A DNA stretch of 64,000 nt from Syntrophorhabdaceae bacterium (GCA_963665295.1 OY762209.1:1184001-1248000); one strand, 5' to 3'. Counted from the first letter of the stretch, positions 18,778 to 28,590 are shown. Numbers and translations: made by a program. Notes: generated from the sequence alone by a model not told the origin.

Positions 18778-19998
18778 TCAATACCTCCTCAACACAGTGC
18801 ACGTGTTCACGCCGCCCAAGGCGAAATTATTTTTGATTGCTGTCTCTATGGGGGACTCCTCAACCTTGAAGATATGGGCAAGGTTTTCGCACAAGGGGTC
18901 GACGTTCTCCAGGTTGCGGGTGGGTATCAGGCAATTCCGGTTCATCATTCCGATTGTGGCGATGGCCTCCAAGGCCCCCGATGCCGCCATTGTATGTCCA
19001 AGGTGTCCCTTCAGACTGCTCACCCGCGCTTTACTGCCGAAAATTCTTCTTATGGCCTCGCCCTCCGAGATGTCCCCCAGGGTTGTGCCCGTGGCATGGG
19101 CATTCACATAGTCCACATCCCCGGGTTCAACGCCCGCGTCCAGAAGGGCCTGCCGGATACACGACTCTATGGAATCCGAGTGCGGATCGGCGATGTTGGC
19201 AGGGTCGGACACGGTGGCGAACCCGATCACTTCCGCGAGGATGGGAACGCCGCGGCTGAGCGCCGACTCCAGGGATTCCAGAAGGATAATGCCGGAGCCT
19301 TCAGCACAGACCACGCCGTCCCGGTTGAGGTCAAAAGGACGGGGCGTCATGTGGGGCCGGTCGTTATAGCTTGTTGACCCCGCATTGATAATGTCGAATG
19401 TAGCCGCTGAAAGGGGGTGAAACTCATCGGCCCCTCCGCAGAGCATGAAGTCCTGTTTTCCGAAGGCGATCATCTCATACCCGTACCCTATGGCCTGGTT
19501 TCCCGTTGAACAGGCCGACGACGGGGCGAACATCCTGCCTGTTATGCCCAGGACCTGAGCGACATTGGAAGCGCAGGAATGGTTCATGATCTGAAAGAAG
19601 AAGGTGGCCCGGGTGTTTTCGATAGTATTGCCGGGAATGAACTCCTTGTAGAAATCATGGGTAGCAATCGGGCTGCCCACGGTGGAGCCTATACAAAGTC
19701 CCATCCGGCCGCCCGAACAGTCCTGGCCGGTGATACGACCCGCGGCGCACGCCTCCCGGGCGGCCAAGGTGGCGTAAATGGACATATTCGACATGGAACG
19801 TCTGAACTTGCGGGGTATTTCCTTTGGATCTACACCGGTCACCAGCGCCGCTACCCTTGATCTCATGCCTCCTATGTGAGCGAGTTCCGGGACGGCCGTT
19901 ACGGCGCTTTTGCCTGCCATGAGCGCATCCATGAGCCCGTCGACGCCTACTCCAAAGGGCGATACGGAACCCATCCCGGTCACCACAACTCTTCTCAT
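18778..19998 (-). CDS. Beta-ketoacyl-ACP synthase
   Basis: MRRVVVTGMG, SSACSTG, NAHATGT, KGHLGHTMA, NNFALGG. ATGA coupling at 19995-19998. Confidence 0.92.
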   Translation of the reverse strand: MRRVVVTGMGSVSPFGVGVDGLMDALMAGKSAVTAVPELAHIGGMRSRVAALVTGVDPKEIPRKFRRSMSNMSIYATLAAREACAAGRITGQDCSGGRMGLCIGSTVGSPIATHDFYKEFIPGNTIENTRATFFFQIMNHSCASNVAQVLGITGRMFAPSSACSTGNQAIGYGYEMIAFGKQDFMLCGGADEFHPLSAATFDIINAGSTSYNDRPHMTPRPFDLNRDGVVCAEGSGIILLESLESALSRGVPILAEVIGFATVSDPANIADPHSDSIESCIRQALLDAGVEPGDVDYVNAHATGTTLGDISEGEAIRRIFGSKARVSSLKGHLGHTMAASGALEAIATIGMMNRNCLIPTRNLENVDPLCENLAHIFKVEESPIETAIKNNFALGGVNTCTVLRRY

Positions 19999-21482
19999 GC
20001 CCATCTTCTTATCTCCTCCATGAGTTTTTCGTGTCCAAAAATACTCCCGCACGCAAGGAACCCGGAGACCACGGCACCCATGATGCCCGGGGCAGTGATT
20101 GCCTGTCCTGCAAGGAAGAGGTTCCTTATCTTCGTCACGGGCATAGGGTTATACTGGTCAACCTTGTGTTTTACCCCATAGATGCTCCCCACGGGACTAT
20201 GGGTGTATCTCTTCAGGGTCAGCGGCGTCCCGCACTCCACGTGGGTTATCCTGTTTCTGAATTCCGGGGCCGAGGTTTCGAGGTGCGCAAGCATTCTCCC
20301 GGTCATGTCATCCTTATAGGATTTGTAGGCTTCTGAATCGTCTTCAGGGACGGAAGCCGACCAGTGTTCCGTTCCCATGTTCGGTTCCGGGCAGATAATG
20401 ATATATCCTTCCCGGGAAGTCGTGCCCCCATCCTGGGGCGCATGGGTTATAAAGAGCGGTCTTCCCTCCACGGGGCCGTTACCTTGAGGAATCGTAAGGC
20501 GGGGGGAAGGAAAGAGGAGGAGGTTTGTCCTGTCGAGGCCTTGCAAAGGACGATCGGTTTCCACATAGAGTATGATTGCCGAACCGGTATCTTCAAGGGT
20601 CTCAAGCCGTTTCCTGTAGATGGGGCGGAAGGCCGGACCGGGGACAAGCGGCAGGAGTTGCCGGGGATGTATGGTGGAGACACACCTCTCGCAGTGCAGG
20701 ACCTCATCATCACCAAAACGAAGGCCCGATACGGAGCGGTCCCCGGAAAGGATGATCTCTTTCACCTCCGAACCGGAGAAGACATCGACCCCCAACTCGG
20801 AGAGACGGGCATCGAAAGCCTCCGAGAGGCTTAAACCCCCGCCTTTTATGCCGTTGGCCGATTCATAATAAGATCCCGCAACGCAGGCATGACAGAGAAA
20901 AGAGACCTCCTCCGGATATACCCCATGAAGCAGGCAATGCATGGAAAGGATGCACTTGAGCATCTCATTGTCCGTTATCCTGTCGAGGAACTCCTTGAGA
21001 CTTTGCCCCTGTGCGGGGGGGAATCCCTGCATATCCACGCCGGCGTTGAGGTCGATGTAGGGCTGACACCGGTACGTATGCCTTACTGCCTCAAGGTAGA
21101 CGTCGATAGCCCGGACATCTCCCGGAAATGTCTCATGAAGCCTCTCGCGGATACGGTCATACCCGTAGGGAAAGGAGAATTCGAAGTGAGGATCGAGACA
21201 GCGGAAAGCATCGAACCCATCTTCATGAAAGGGGTATTTCTGTATTTTGCCGGACAGTCCAAGGTACCGGAAGAGGACGTCCAAGGGTTCTCCATCATTC
21301 AGGCCCCCCGTATAGTGAAAGCCCGTGTCGAAAAAAAGGCCTCTTCGGCTGAACCCCCTGATGGTGGGGGCCGTGGTGCGCCCTGTCTCCAGGAGGGCGG
21401 TGCGGTAGCCCGCTTTTGCCATGATAATGGCGGTGGTCATTCCGGATACGCCGCCGCCGATAACCGCACATCCGTAATTCAT
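19995..21482 (-). CDS. CrtI/retinol-saturase-like FAD oxidoreductase
   Basis: VIGGGVSG Rossmann motif, FDTGFHYTG, GTPLT, GSIYG, NLFLAGQ..PGIMG. Confidence 0.88.
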   Translation of the reverse strand: MNYGCAVIGGGVSGMTTAIIMAKAGYRTALLETGRTTAPTIRGFSRRGLFFDTGFHYTGGLNDGEPLDVLFRYLGLSGKIQKYPFHEDGFDAFRCLDPHFEFSFPYGYDRIRERLHETFPGDVRAIDVYLEAVRHTYRCQPYIDLNAGVDMQGFPPAQGQSLKEFLDRITDNEMLKCILSMHCLLHGVYPEEVSFLCHACVAGSYYESANGIKGGGLSLSEAFDARLSELGVDVFSGSEVKEIILSGDRSVSGLRFGDDEVLHCERCVSTIHPRQLLPLVPGPAFRPIYRKRLETLEDTGSAIILYVETDRPLQGLDRTNLLLFPSPRLTIPQGNGPVEGRPLFITHAPQDGGTTSREGYIIICPEPNMGTEHWSASVPEDDSEAYKSYKDDMTGRMLAHLETSAPEFRNRITHVECGTPLTLKRYTHSPVGSIYGVKHKVDQYNPMPVTKIRNLFLAGQAITAPGIMGAVVSGFLACGSIFGHEKLMEEIRRWA

Positions 21483-22699
21483 GAGCCGAATCTCAGGATC
21501 AGGCAGGAGTTGGTGCCGCCGAACCCCGCGGAATTGCACAAAACCAGACGGGGCGGCCGGGAAACGGCCTCTCGCACGATATTCAGCCTTTCCGTGTATC
21601 GGTCGGGTTTTTCAAAATTGATGTTGGGCGCGATAAAACCGTGCTCGGCCATGATCGCCGAATAGACTACCTGGGAAGCGCCGGACATCCATAACTCGTG
21701 ACCTGTCATCGATTTTGTGGAAGAGACCAGGGGTCCTTCATCGCCGAAGACGGAAAGGATGCACGCTGCTTCAGCGGCATCCCCCAGGGGGGTCGAGGTG
21801 GCATGGGCACAGATATAGTCTATCTCGGAGGGTTTTACCCGGGCGCTGCTCAGCCCTCTTTGCATGGCGGCCGCAATGCCTTCTTCACTCGGAACCGAGA
21901 TGTTGTTTCCATCCGAAGAAAAGGCGTAGGAGAGGATTTCGCCGAGAATTCTTGCCCCTCTTTTCTCCGCCAGATCGTATCGCTCGAGTATGACTGCGGC
22001 GGCCCCTCCGCTTGGGACCAGACCGTCCCGGCTTTCGTCAAAGGGCCTGCAGGCGGCTTCGGGGTTGTCGATCCTTGTGGAAAAGGCGTTGATTCCATCG
22101 AAGCTGCACATGGACTCCCAACTGATCTCCTGGGCTCCCCCGCAAATTATTCGTTCCTGTCGTCCCAGGGCAATCAAGTCCGATGCCTGCCCCACTGCAT
22201 GACCTCCGCTGGAACACGCGGAGCTGATGGACCAGCACGCGCCCTTCGTTTTCAAAAGGGTATTCAGATTCATGGTTATTGTGGAGGTCATGGAGCGGAA
22301 GATAAGACCGCTGCCGATGCCCTTCGTATCTCCCTGGTCAAGGACGATTCTTGCCTGCTCGATGGCGGCTACACAGCTTGAGTCGCACCCGAAGATCAGG
22401 CCTGTTTCTCCATTCTGAATTTCCTCCGGGGCCAAACCGGACATGGCCAGGGCGTCCATTGCGGCGGTGTAGGTCTGGACCGCGAAGTCGGGCATGGTTT
22501 TGAGTTGTTTCCTTGAGAGACTGCGATGGGGGGCAAAGCCCTTTATCGCCCCTGTCAGGGGACTGCGAAACCCCAGTTCCCTTCTCTTTTCGTCGATAAC
22601 GATGCCGGATTTTCCCTGCCGAAGCGACATGCCGACAGTTTCTGAATCCGTGCCGAGACAGGAGATAATGCCGATGCCGGTTATGGCTACCCTGAACAT
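21479..22699 (-). CDS. Beta-ketoacyl-ACP synthase (FabB-like)
   Basis: SSACSSG, CAHATST, TKSMTGHELWM, NSAGFGG. Confidence 0.92.
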   Translation of the reverse strand: MFRVAITGIGIISCLGTDSETVGMSLRQGKSGIVIDEKRRELGFRSPLTGAIKGFAPHRSLSRKQLKTMPDFAVQTYTAAMDALAMSGLAPEEIQNGETGLIFGCDSSCVAAIEQARIVLDQGDTKGIGSGLIFRSMTSTITMNLNTLLKTKGACWSISSACSSGGHAVGQASDLIALGRQERIICGGAQEISWESMCSFDGINAFSTRIDNPEAACRPFDESRDGLVPSGGAAAVILERYDLAEKRGARILGEILSYAFSSDGNNISVPSEEGIAAAMQRGLSSARVKPSEIDYICAHATSTPLGDAAEAACILSVFGDEGPLVSSTKSMTGHELWMSGASQVVYSAIMAEHGFIAPNINFEKPDRYTERLNIVREAVSRPPRLVLCNSAGFGGTNSCLILRFGS

Positions 22700-22801
22700 T
22701 TGACCCTCTCAATCCCCCTTTCTATCTGGTAATTCATATGACGGTTCCCCGGAGCGGTTACGGCAGGAGTATCTGTGCGGAGCGTGGCGCAGGAAAGCCA
22801 T

Positions 22802-23692
22802 TCATGGAAGGGCCCCGGCCAAGGGGAGGGAGGAGCCCGACGTGCCGGCCGCATAGGCGAGGAAGGAACGGTATGCGGTCTTCAGGGGGGCAAATTTGAA
22901 CTGTCGCGCGAGGTGTGACAGGTGGTGCTTGTATATACCGAAGTAGATCCCGTAAAAAGCGGCGCAGACCGAGCTGTATTTCCATGGATGCCTGTTGATC
23001 CCTTGAGGATGGATCTCAAAAGGGTGACAATAATAATTGAAGGGCATGCCCTTTCGGTTCAACCGCCGGTAATGGCGGATCTGGATAGCTATGGGCACGT
23101 AGGCGCAGAAAAGTCCTCCGTTAAAAGGAAAGTCACGCCCGAGCAGCCTGCGCGAGGTTACGGGAATGACAGCGAGAGAATCCTTGTACACGAAGGGGGT
23201 CATGTCTTCCGGACACCGCCCCAGGAACTTCAACAACGATGGCTGGGCGGTATTATCGACACGGTAACCCGCGGAGATGAGCTCATCGTAGGCCCAGGGC
23301 GTACGGGGCGTGATACCCCACTCAGGCGCCTTGTACGTGTCTACCTCCACGGAGAGGATATCCTCGAGCATCTTTTTGCTTATGAGGGCGTCCTCGCGAA
23401 AACCTTCCCTCTTTAACCGTTCGGGCACCATATGGGTGCAGCCGTGGGAGCCCACTTCATGACCGGCCCGGCCAATCTCCCTCACGAGGCGGGGGAAGCG
23501 CCGGGCCACATACCCCGGGACGAACATGGTGGCCCTGATACCCATCTCCGCCAATGATTCCAGCAGGGCGTAGGTCTCTTTCTCCACGAGGTCCCCGGAG
23601 GGCAGACATGTCCCGTTCCTCATATTGAGGCCATACGCCAGGTCATCGATGTCGAAACATAACGCGTTTACCAGATCAGGGATAGAGGCCAC
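22802..23692 (-). CDS. Polysaccharide deacetylase family protein (DUF3473-like C-terminus)
   Basis: FDIDD, ATMFV, GHEVGSHGCTH, YKAP, YYCHPFEI. Confidence 0.82.
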   Translation of the reverse strand: MASIPDLVNALCFDIDDLAYGLNMRNGTCLPSGDLVEKETYALLESLAEMGIRATMFVPGYVARRFPRLVREIGRAGHEVGSHGCTHMVPERLKREGFREDALISKKMLEDILSVEVDTYKAPEWGITPRTPWAYDELISAGYRVDNTAQPSLLKFLGRCPEDMTPFVYKDSLAVIPVTSRRLLGRDFPFNGGLFCAYVPIAIQIRHYRRLNRKGMPFNYYCHPFEIHPQGINRHPWKYSSVCAAFYGIYFGIYKHHLSHLARQFKFAPLKTAYRSFLAYAAGTSGSSLPLAGALP

Positions 23693-23695
23693 CTC

Positions 23696-24424
23696 TCACC
23701 GGTACGCGCCGCCGTTCACGGAGATGACCTGACCCGTGATGTACGAGGCCCGCTCCGAGCAAAGGAAGCTCACCACCCCTGCCACCTCCATGGGCGTCCC
23801 ATAACGGCCCATGGGGATCATGGGCAGGACCTTGTCCTTGGGAAGGTCTTTTACCATTTCAGTATCTATGAAGCCGGGCGAGACTGCGTTGACAAGGACG
23901 TTCCGTCTTGCCACTTCCACGGCCAGGGCTTTCGTGGCACCTATAAGGCCTGCTTTTGCAGCGGCGTAATTTGTCTGACCCGCAACCCCGCTCTGTCCCG
24001 AGGTCGAGACAATGTTGATGATACGGCCCTCTCTTTTTCTGAGCATGTTGTTTATGACGGGCTTGGTTATGTGAAAGAAACCGCCGAGGCTGACGGAGAG
24101 GACATCGTCCCATTCCTCCTGTGTCATCCAGGCGAGGATCACATCCTTGCTGAAGCCTGCGTTATTGATAAGGGCATAAGGCGTTTCTTTCTCCAACAGG
24201 GGCAGAAGGTGCGCCTCGACGCCCTTCGGATCGGACACGTCGAAGGGGAGCAAAGTGCACCTCCGCCCTGCCTGCTCCACCGATCGCGCCACATTTGATG
24301 CCCCCTCGTGGTCGCTCCTGTAGTTCAGCCAGATGTCAAAACCGTCGCCGGCGAGGGCCGACGCCATCGCCGCCCCGATCCCTTTGCTTCCGCCCGTTAT
24401 CAATGCTATTCTGCCGGATGCCAT
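23696..24424 (-). CDS. fabG: 3-oxoacyl-ACP reductase
   Basis: TGGSKGIG, NNAG, NYAAAK, PGFIDT. Confidence 0.93.
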   Translation of the reverse strand: MASGRIALITGGSKGIGAAMASALAGDGFDIWLNYRSDHEGASNVARSVEQAGRRCTLLPFDVSDPKGVEAHLLPLLEKETPYALINNAGFSKDVILAWMTQEEWDDVLSVSLGGFFHITKPVINNMLRKREGRIINIVSTSGQSGVAGQTNYAAAKAGLIGATKALAVEVARRNVLVNAVSPGFIDTEMVKDLPKDKVLPMIPMGRYGTPMEVAGVVSFLCSERASYITGQVISVNGGAYR

Positions 24425-24444
24425 GTCCTTGTCCTGCGGGCTGT

Positions 24445-25023
24445 CTAGTCGATGATTTTGACTACTTTCCCTTTTGAATTGAATTCAACGGCGATGGACT
24501 TCCACCTGTTTGTCCAGTAATACCAGGTATTGCTGTCAAGGGAAGGGGTCTTGTGTACGGCAGGATAACCGAGGGCGATTCTCACCCCTTCTTTTGTCAT
24601 GCCCGTGTGCGCCTTTCCTTCCTTAATGCCCTTGAGGTCGATATGTGAGAAGCCGTTAAGGCTTACGGGCTGAGTCGATGTGATGACATTGATGTACTGC
24701 TCGTTGGTCATGCCCATTCTTTCTTCATCAAATTCAAAATTGATGGTTTGGTTGGTGTCCAGGGTTTCAATGGTCAGGTCCCTTCTCGAGGTCCATATCG
24801 ATACGGGCGTATTTACGGGGATTATTACATGTCCTGCGCCGGGGTCGGTCCAGTTTGAATAGGCTGCCCTTATTTCCTTCGGTTGCTTTTCAGCGTGGAT
24901 GTTATTCTTAAGGAACCTGGGGGCAACCTTGTCACCGTAATGAGTCGAACCGCCGCACCCGGCGAGACCCACAAGGAATAGACAACAGAGAATAAGGCAT
25001 ATGATTGTTTTGTGTGTGTGCAT
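24445..25023 (-). CDS. Hypothetical lipoprotein, first gene of the cluster
   Basis: Lipobox LAGC; GMTKEGVRIALGYP..WYYW (SmpA/BamE-like C-terminus); AGGAGG RBS. Confidence 0.8.
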   Translation of the reverse strand: MHTHKTIICLILCCLFLVGLAGCGGSTHYGDKVAPRFLKNNIHAEKQPKEIRAAYSNWTDPGAGHVIIPVNTPVSIWTSRRDLTIETLDTNQTINFEFDEERMGMTNEQYINVITSTQPVSLNGFSHIDLKGIKEGKAHTGMTKEGVRIALGYPAVHKTPSLDSNTWYYWTNRWKSIAVEFNSKGKVVKIID

Positions 25024-25526
25024 AGTTCCTCCTATGTATTTTGATTAAGATATAAGGGAGAAGTAACCGGCACCATGGTATACCTTCGGGTCGAGGTAAG
25101 CTACCGCCATTGGGGCAGGTCGCAAAACGCGCCGCGATACACAAAGGAAAGACAAAGGTCAATTTTGCGAGATATTCTCAGGAGCAGATCCCGCATCAGA
25201 AGATAGGATATGTAACATAGAACACCCCGCCAATACATGTTTATTAAGGGAAGTTTAGTAAAAAAGGCAGGAAAATGCAATAAATATTTGGGCGGAGCCC
25301 GGGTCTTTTCAGCGCATCCGGGCCGGCACACCGTAGCCCGGGGGCGCCGGCCCGGAACGATCCCACAGTAATGCAAAAAAAGACTTGTTCTGTCTCTCCG
25401 GGTGGGTGTAGAATCTCCCGAAAGGCGCGTGGGTGAGAAAAACACCCGCCGGGAACAGAACCGTAATGGACGAGTCCGGATTCGATGGTCAGTGTGGCCC
25501 GGTATACGGGCACCTGTGGCAATAGC

Positions 25527-27158
25527 ATGCGTGACGCCGACACGATCGTTATCGGGTCAGGTGCAGGGGGGCTTACTGCGGCTTTAGCTCTGGCCCAGGC
25601 AGGCGAAGGGGTGCTTGTCCTCGAGCAGCACACCCACCCCGGCGGATTATGTCACAGCTTCCGGCGCGGAGGCTATCGCTTCAGCCCCGGCGTCCATTAC
25701 ATCGGGCAACTTGGGCCCGGTGGATGGTTGCGGAGAATCTACGAGGGACTCGGCGTCGCGGACGACCTCGCCTTCTTTGAGATGAACCCCCAGGGGTTTG
25801 AACACATCCATGTGGGCCGTGAGGTTTTCGACCTTCCAAGCGGCAAGGCCGCCATGATCGAGCGTTTCAAGATGCGATTTCCGGATCAGGCCAAGGGAAT
25901 CGAAGAATATCTGTCTCTTCTCCACACGGTATGCGAGGAAATGGCGTGTATTCCGGAAGCCAGAAGCTTCATGGACTTTGCGACCATACCCTTCCGGACC
26001 TGGAATATGGGCCGGTACGGACTTTACAGTCTCGACCGCATCCTTCGCGACAGGATATCCGATCCGTTGCTGCGCGCTTTTCTGTCCATCCAGTGCGGCG
26101 ACCATGGGCTTCCCCCCTCCAAAATCCCCTTTATCATGCATGCGCCGGTGACGGGCCATTATATGGATGGCGCGTACTACCCCGCCGGTGGCGCGAGCGT
26201 CATCCCGGAAGCCATGATCCGGGGCCTTCGCAAAGAAGGCGGCGAGGTTCTGCTCTCGACGCCCGTGGAAAAGATACTTATTGAAAAAAGGGGAGGCAGG
26301 CGCCGTGCCGTCGGCGTTCGCCTCGACAACGGCACCGAGCTTCGCGCGGGCCGCGTGATCTCCAACGCGTCGCCCCACATCACGTACGATAGCCTCGTGG
26401 GCCGCGAGCATCTGAGCCTTCGCCTTCGACGAAAACTCGACCGGACGCGTTACTCGATAGCGGCTTTGACCCTTTTTCTGGCCACCGATATGGATCTCGA
26501 GTCCATGGGTCTGGATTCGGGAAACTACTGGTACACCCCCGACACCGATTTGGAGTCCGTCTTCACCCGTGCTCAAGACCCCGAAACGTTAAAGGACCAA
26601 CTCCCGAGCATTTTTTGCGGGATCACGAGCATCAAGGACCCGGGCAACTTTCATGACGGGCGCCATACCATCGAGGTGGTGCGTTTTCTGACCTATTCCG
26701 CCTTCAGCGCCTACGCGGGTTCCACATCGGGAAGACGCCCCGGGGATTACCTGGACCTCAAAGGCAGACTCACCAGGGCCATGCTGAACTCCCTGGAACG
26801 GATCATTCCGGGGATTACGGGCCGCATACTCTTCAGTGAGCTGGGAACCCCGCTCACCAACGAACACTATGTGCGCTCGACCCGGGGGTCCTGCTACGGA
26901 ACGGCAAAGGTCCTGAGCCAGATAGGCCCTTTCAGTTTCAAACAGTTCTCGGAGATCGACGATCTTTATCTTTGCGGGGCGAGCATTCTCCATGGGGTAT
27001 CGGGAGCAACCACGTCGGGGCTCACCCTCGTCGCGGCGATCCTCGGGTGTCGGCCGAGCGAACTGCTCAAGGTCAAGGGCCGGGACCTGCGGATATTCGC
27101 GTCCGGACGGCCCACGCCCCTTGACACTGCTCATCCCCGAATCTTAGGTTCCGGTTAA
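25527..27158 (+). CDS. CrtI/retinol-saturase-like FAD oxidoreductase (divergent from the cluster)
   Basis: VIGSGAGGL, LEQH..PGG, FSPGVHYIG, YYPAGG, GTPLT, LYLCGAS. Confidence 0.88.
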   Translation: MRDADTIVIGSGAGGLTAALALAQAGEGVLVLEQHTHPGGLCHSFRRGGYRFSPGVHYIGQLGPGGWLRRIYEGLGVADDLAFFEMNPQGFEHIHVGREVFDLPSGKAAMIERFKMRFPDQAKGIEEYLSLLHTVCEEMACIPEARSFMDFATIPFRTWNMGRYGLYSLDRILRDRISDPLLRAFLSIQCGDHGLPPSKIPFIMHAPVTGHYMDGAYYPAGGASVIPEAMIRGLRKEGGEVLLSTPVEKILIEKRGGRRRAVGVRLDNGTELRAGRVISNASPHITYDSLVGREHLSLRLRRKLDRTRYSIAALTLFLATDMDLESMGLDSGNYWYTPDTDLESVFTRAQDPETLKDQLPSIFCGITSIKDPGNFHDGRHTIEVVRFLTYSAFSAYAGSTSGRRPGDYLDLKGRLTRAMLNSLERIIPGITGRILFSELGTPLTNEHYVRSTRGSCYGTAKVLSQIGPFSFKQFSEIDDLYLCGASILHGVSGATTSGLTLVAAILGCRPSELLKVKGRDLRIFASGRPTPLDTAHPRILGSG

Positions 27159-27232
27159 TGACCGGCGGGATGTCATCAGCCCCGGGGAAGAAGGGCGGAC
27201 CACCCATATCACACGAAGAGGAGGAAACAGGA

Positions 27233-27697
27233 ATGAAGTCACGTGGATTTTCGACATTGGTCACCATACTCTGTGCCGGGGCAATCACAATTGCCGGGGC
27301 GACGTTTGGAAACAGTTTGCGGGCGGAAACCGTTCAGGGGACCGAGCCCGCGGCCCAGGAAAGGGAAGGGGTGACCGAGCCCGGTTCCAAGGGGCCGGAA
27401 GCATCCCAGGAAGGACAGCACCGGACTTTAAAGAAGGATGCGAAAAAGGCGCTCCGGGACCTCAATGAACAGATAGCGGTCCTCGGCAAGCAGGTCAAGG
27501 AACAGGGATCGAAGGCGGAATCGGGCGTAAAAGAGAGTTGGGATGATGTGAAGGAAAAGCAGCGTGCTGCAAAGCTGAAACTCAAGGAACTTTCTTCGGC
27601 CGGCAGAGAGGCCCGGGAAAAGGCAAAGTCGGACTTCAAGTCCGCCCTTGACGATCTCCGGAAGTCCTACGAAAAGACCGTATCCTACTTCAAGTAA
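27233..27697 (+). CDS. Secreted, charged coiled-coil hypothetical protein
   Basis: Signal peptide after AGGAGGA-like RBS; K/E/A-rich helices. Confidence 0.7.
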   Translation: MKSRGFSTLVTILCAGAITIAGATFGNSLRAETVQGTEPAAQEREGVTEPGSKGPEASQEGQHRTLKKDAKKALRDLNEQIAVLGKQVKEQGSKAESGVKESWDDVKEKQRAAKLKLKELSSAGREAREKAKSDFKSALDDLRKSYEKTVSYFK

Positions 27698-27893
27698 GGA
27701 ATCCGGGCGCGGGCCGGGTCTGCGGCCCGGCCGCCGACGGTTCCCGGCTTGACGTCGTGTGTCGAGGATTACCGCTCCCGATCCGGGCTGCGCTCCTTGA
27801 GGTTCACCACCGTTTCCGGTTGAAGGATGTTCTGTTCTGTGATATCTGTGATAGTCGATGGAAGGGTGAATAATTCATATCGGGGAGGAGAGC

Positions 27894-28379
27894 GTGGCTG
27901 ATTTGGCGGATAAGGAGTCCGGTGGGATTTTGTACCTGGAGGACCATGTGCCGGGATCGGTGGTGAGATTCGGGACGGTTTTGGCGGAAGAAGGGGCAAT
28001 GATCGAGTTTGCTTCGAGGTATGATCCGCAGGTGTTTCATGTTGACCCCGTCGCGGCCCGGAAGACCTCCTTCGGGGGTCTTGTGGCGAGCGGGCTGCAT
28101 ACCATGTGCATGGCCATGCGGCTCCTTGTGGACAACTATATTTGTCGCGTGGCGAACCTGGGGTCGCCGGGGGTGGATGAGCTGCGATGGCTGAAACCGG
28201 TGCGTCCCGGGGATGAACTGTCGGTGAGGCTCACCGTTCTGGAGGCGAGGCCTTCGGAATCGAAGCCCGACAGGGGTGTGATCAAGGCCCTGGTGGAAGT
28301 GCTGAATCAGACAGGAGAGATAGTGACGAGCTGGAAGGGGACGGCCATTATCCTGCGGAGGCCAACCTTACAGGCATAA
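27894..28379 (+). CDS. MaoC-family dehydratase
   Basis: YDPQVFHVD, FGGLVASGLHT, LRWLKPVRPGD. Confidence 0.88.
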   Translation: MADLADKESGGILYLEDHVPGSVVRFGTVLAEEGAMIEFASRYDPQVFHVDPVAARKTSFGGLVASGLHTMCMAMRLLVDNYICRVANLGSPGVDELRWLKPVRPGDELSVRLTVLEARPSESKPDRGVIKALVEVLNQTGEIVTSWKGTAIILRRPTLQA

Positions 28380-28590
28380 CCGGTTCAGGGTTTACTTCTC
28401 CTTTTCGCCGGTCATAGTGTCCGTTGACCGGGCTGTACCCTCCCGGGCCAATTTCGGCCAATATTGCTTCGTTACGGGTCTTGCCGGGACCGGCGGGGCA
28501 CAGGAGGTACTTCACGAGGTAATGCCTTTCTTTGAGGCCGAGATTGAAGTAACACCCACTTTCCATCAGGATGCTCACCGTTTCTCTCAT
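28348..28590 (-). CDS. Small hypothetical protein
   Basis: ORF only (MRETVSILMESGCYFNLGLKERHYLV); overlaps the MaoC 3' end. Confidence 0.35.
   Translation of the reverse strand: MRETVSILMESGCYFNLGLKERHYLVKYLLCPAGPGKTRNEAILAEIGPGGYSPVNGHYDRRKGEVNPEPVMPVRLASAG

Noticed and set aside
19995..27158. Carotenoid biosynthesis
   Set aside because: No phytoene synthase, prenyltransferase or cyclase in the window; the context is ACP-based.
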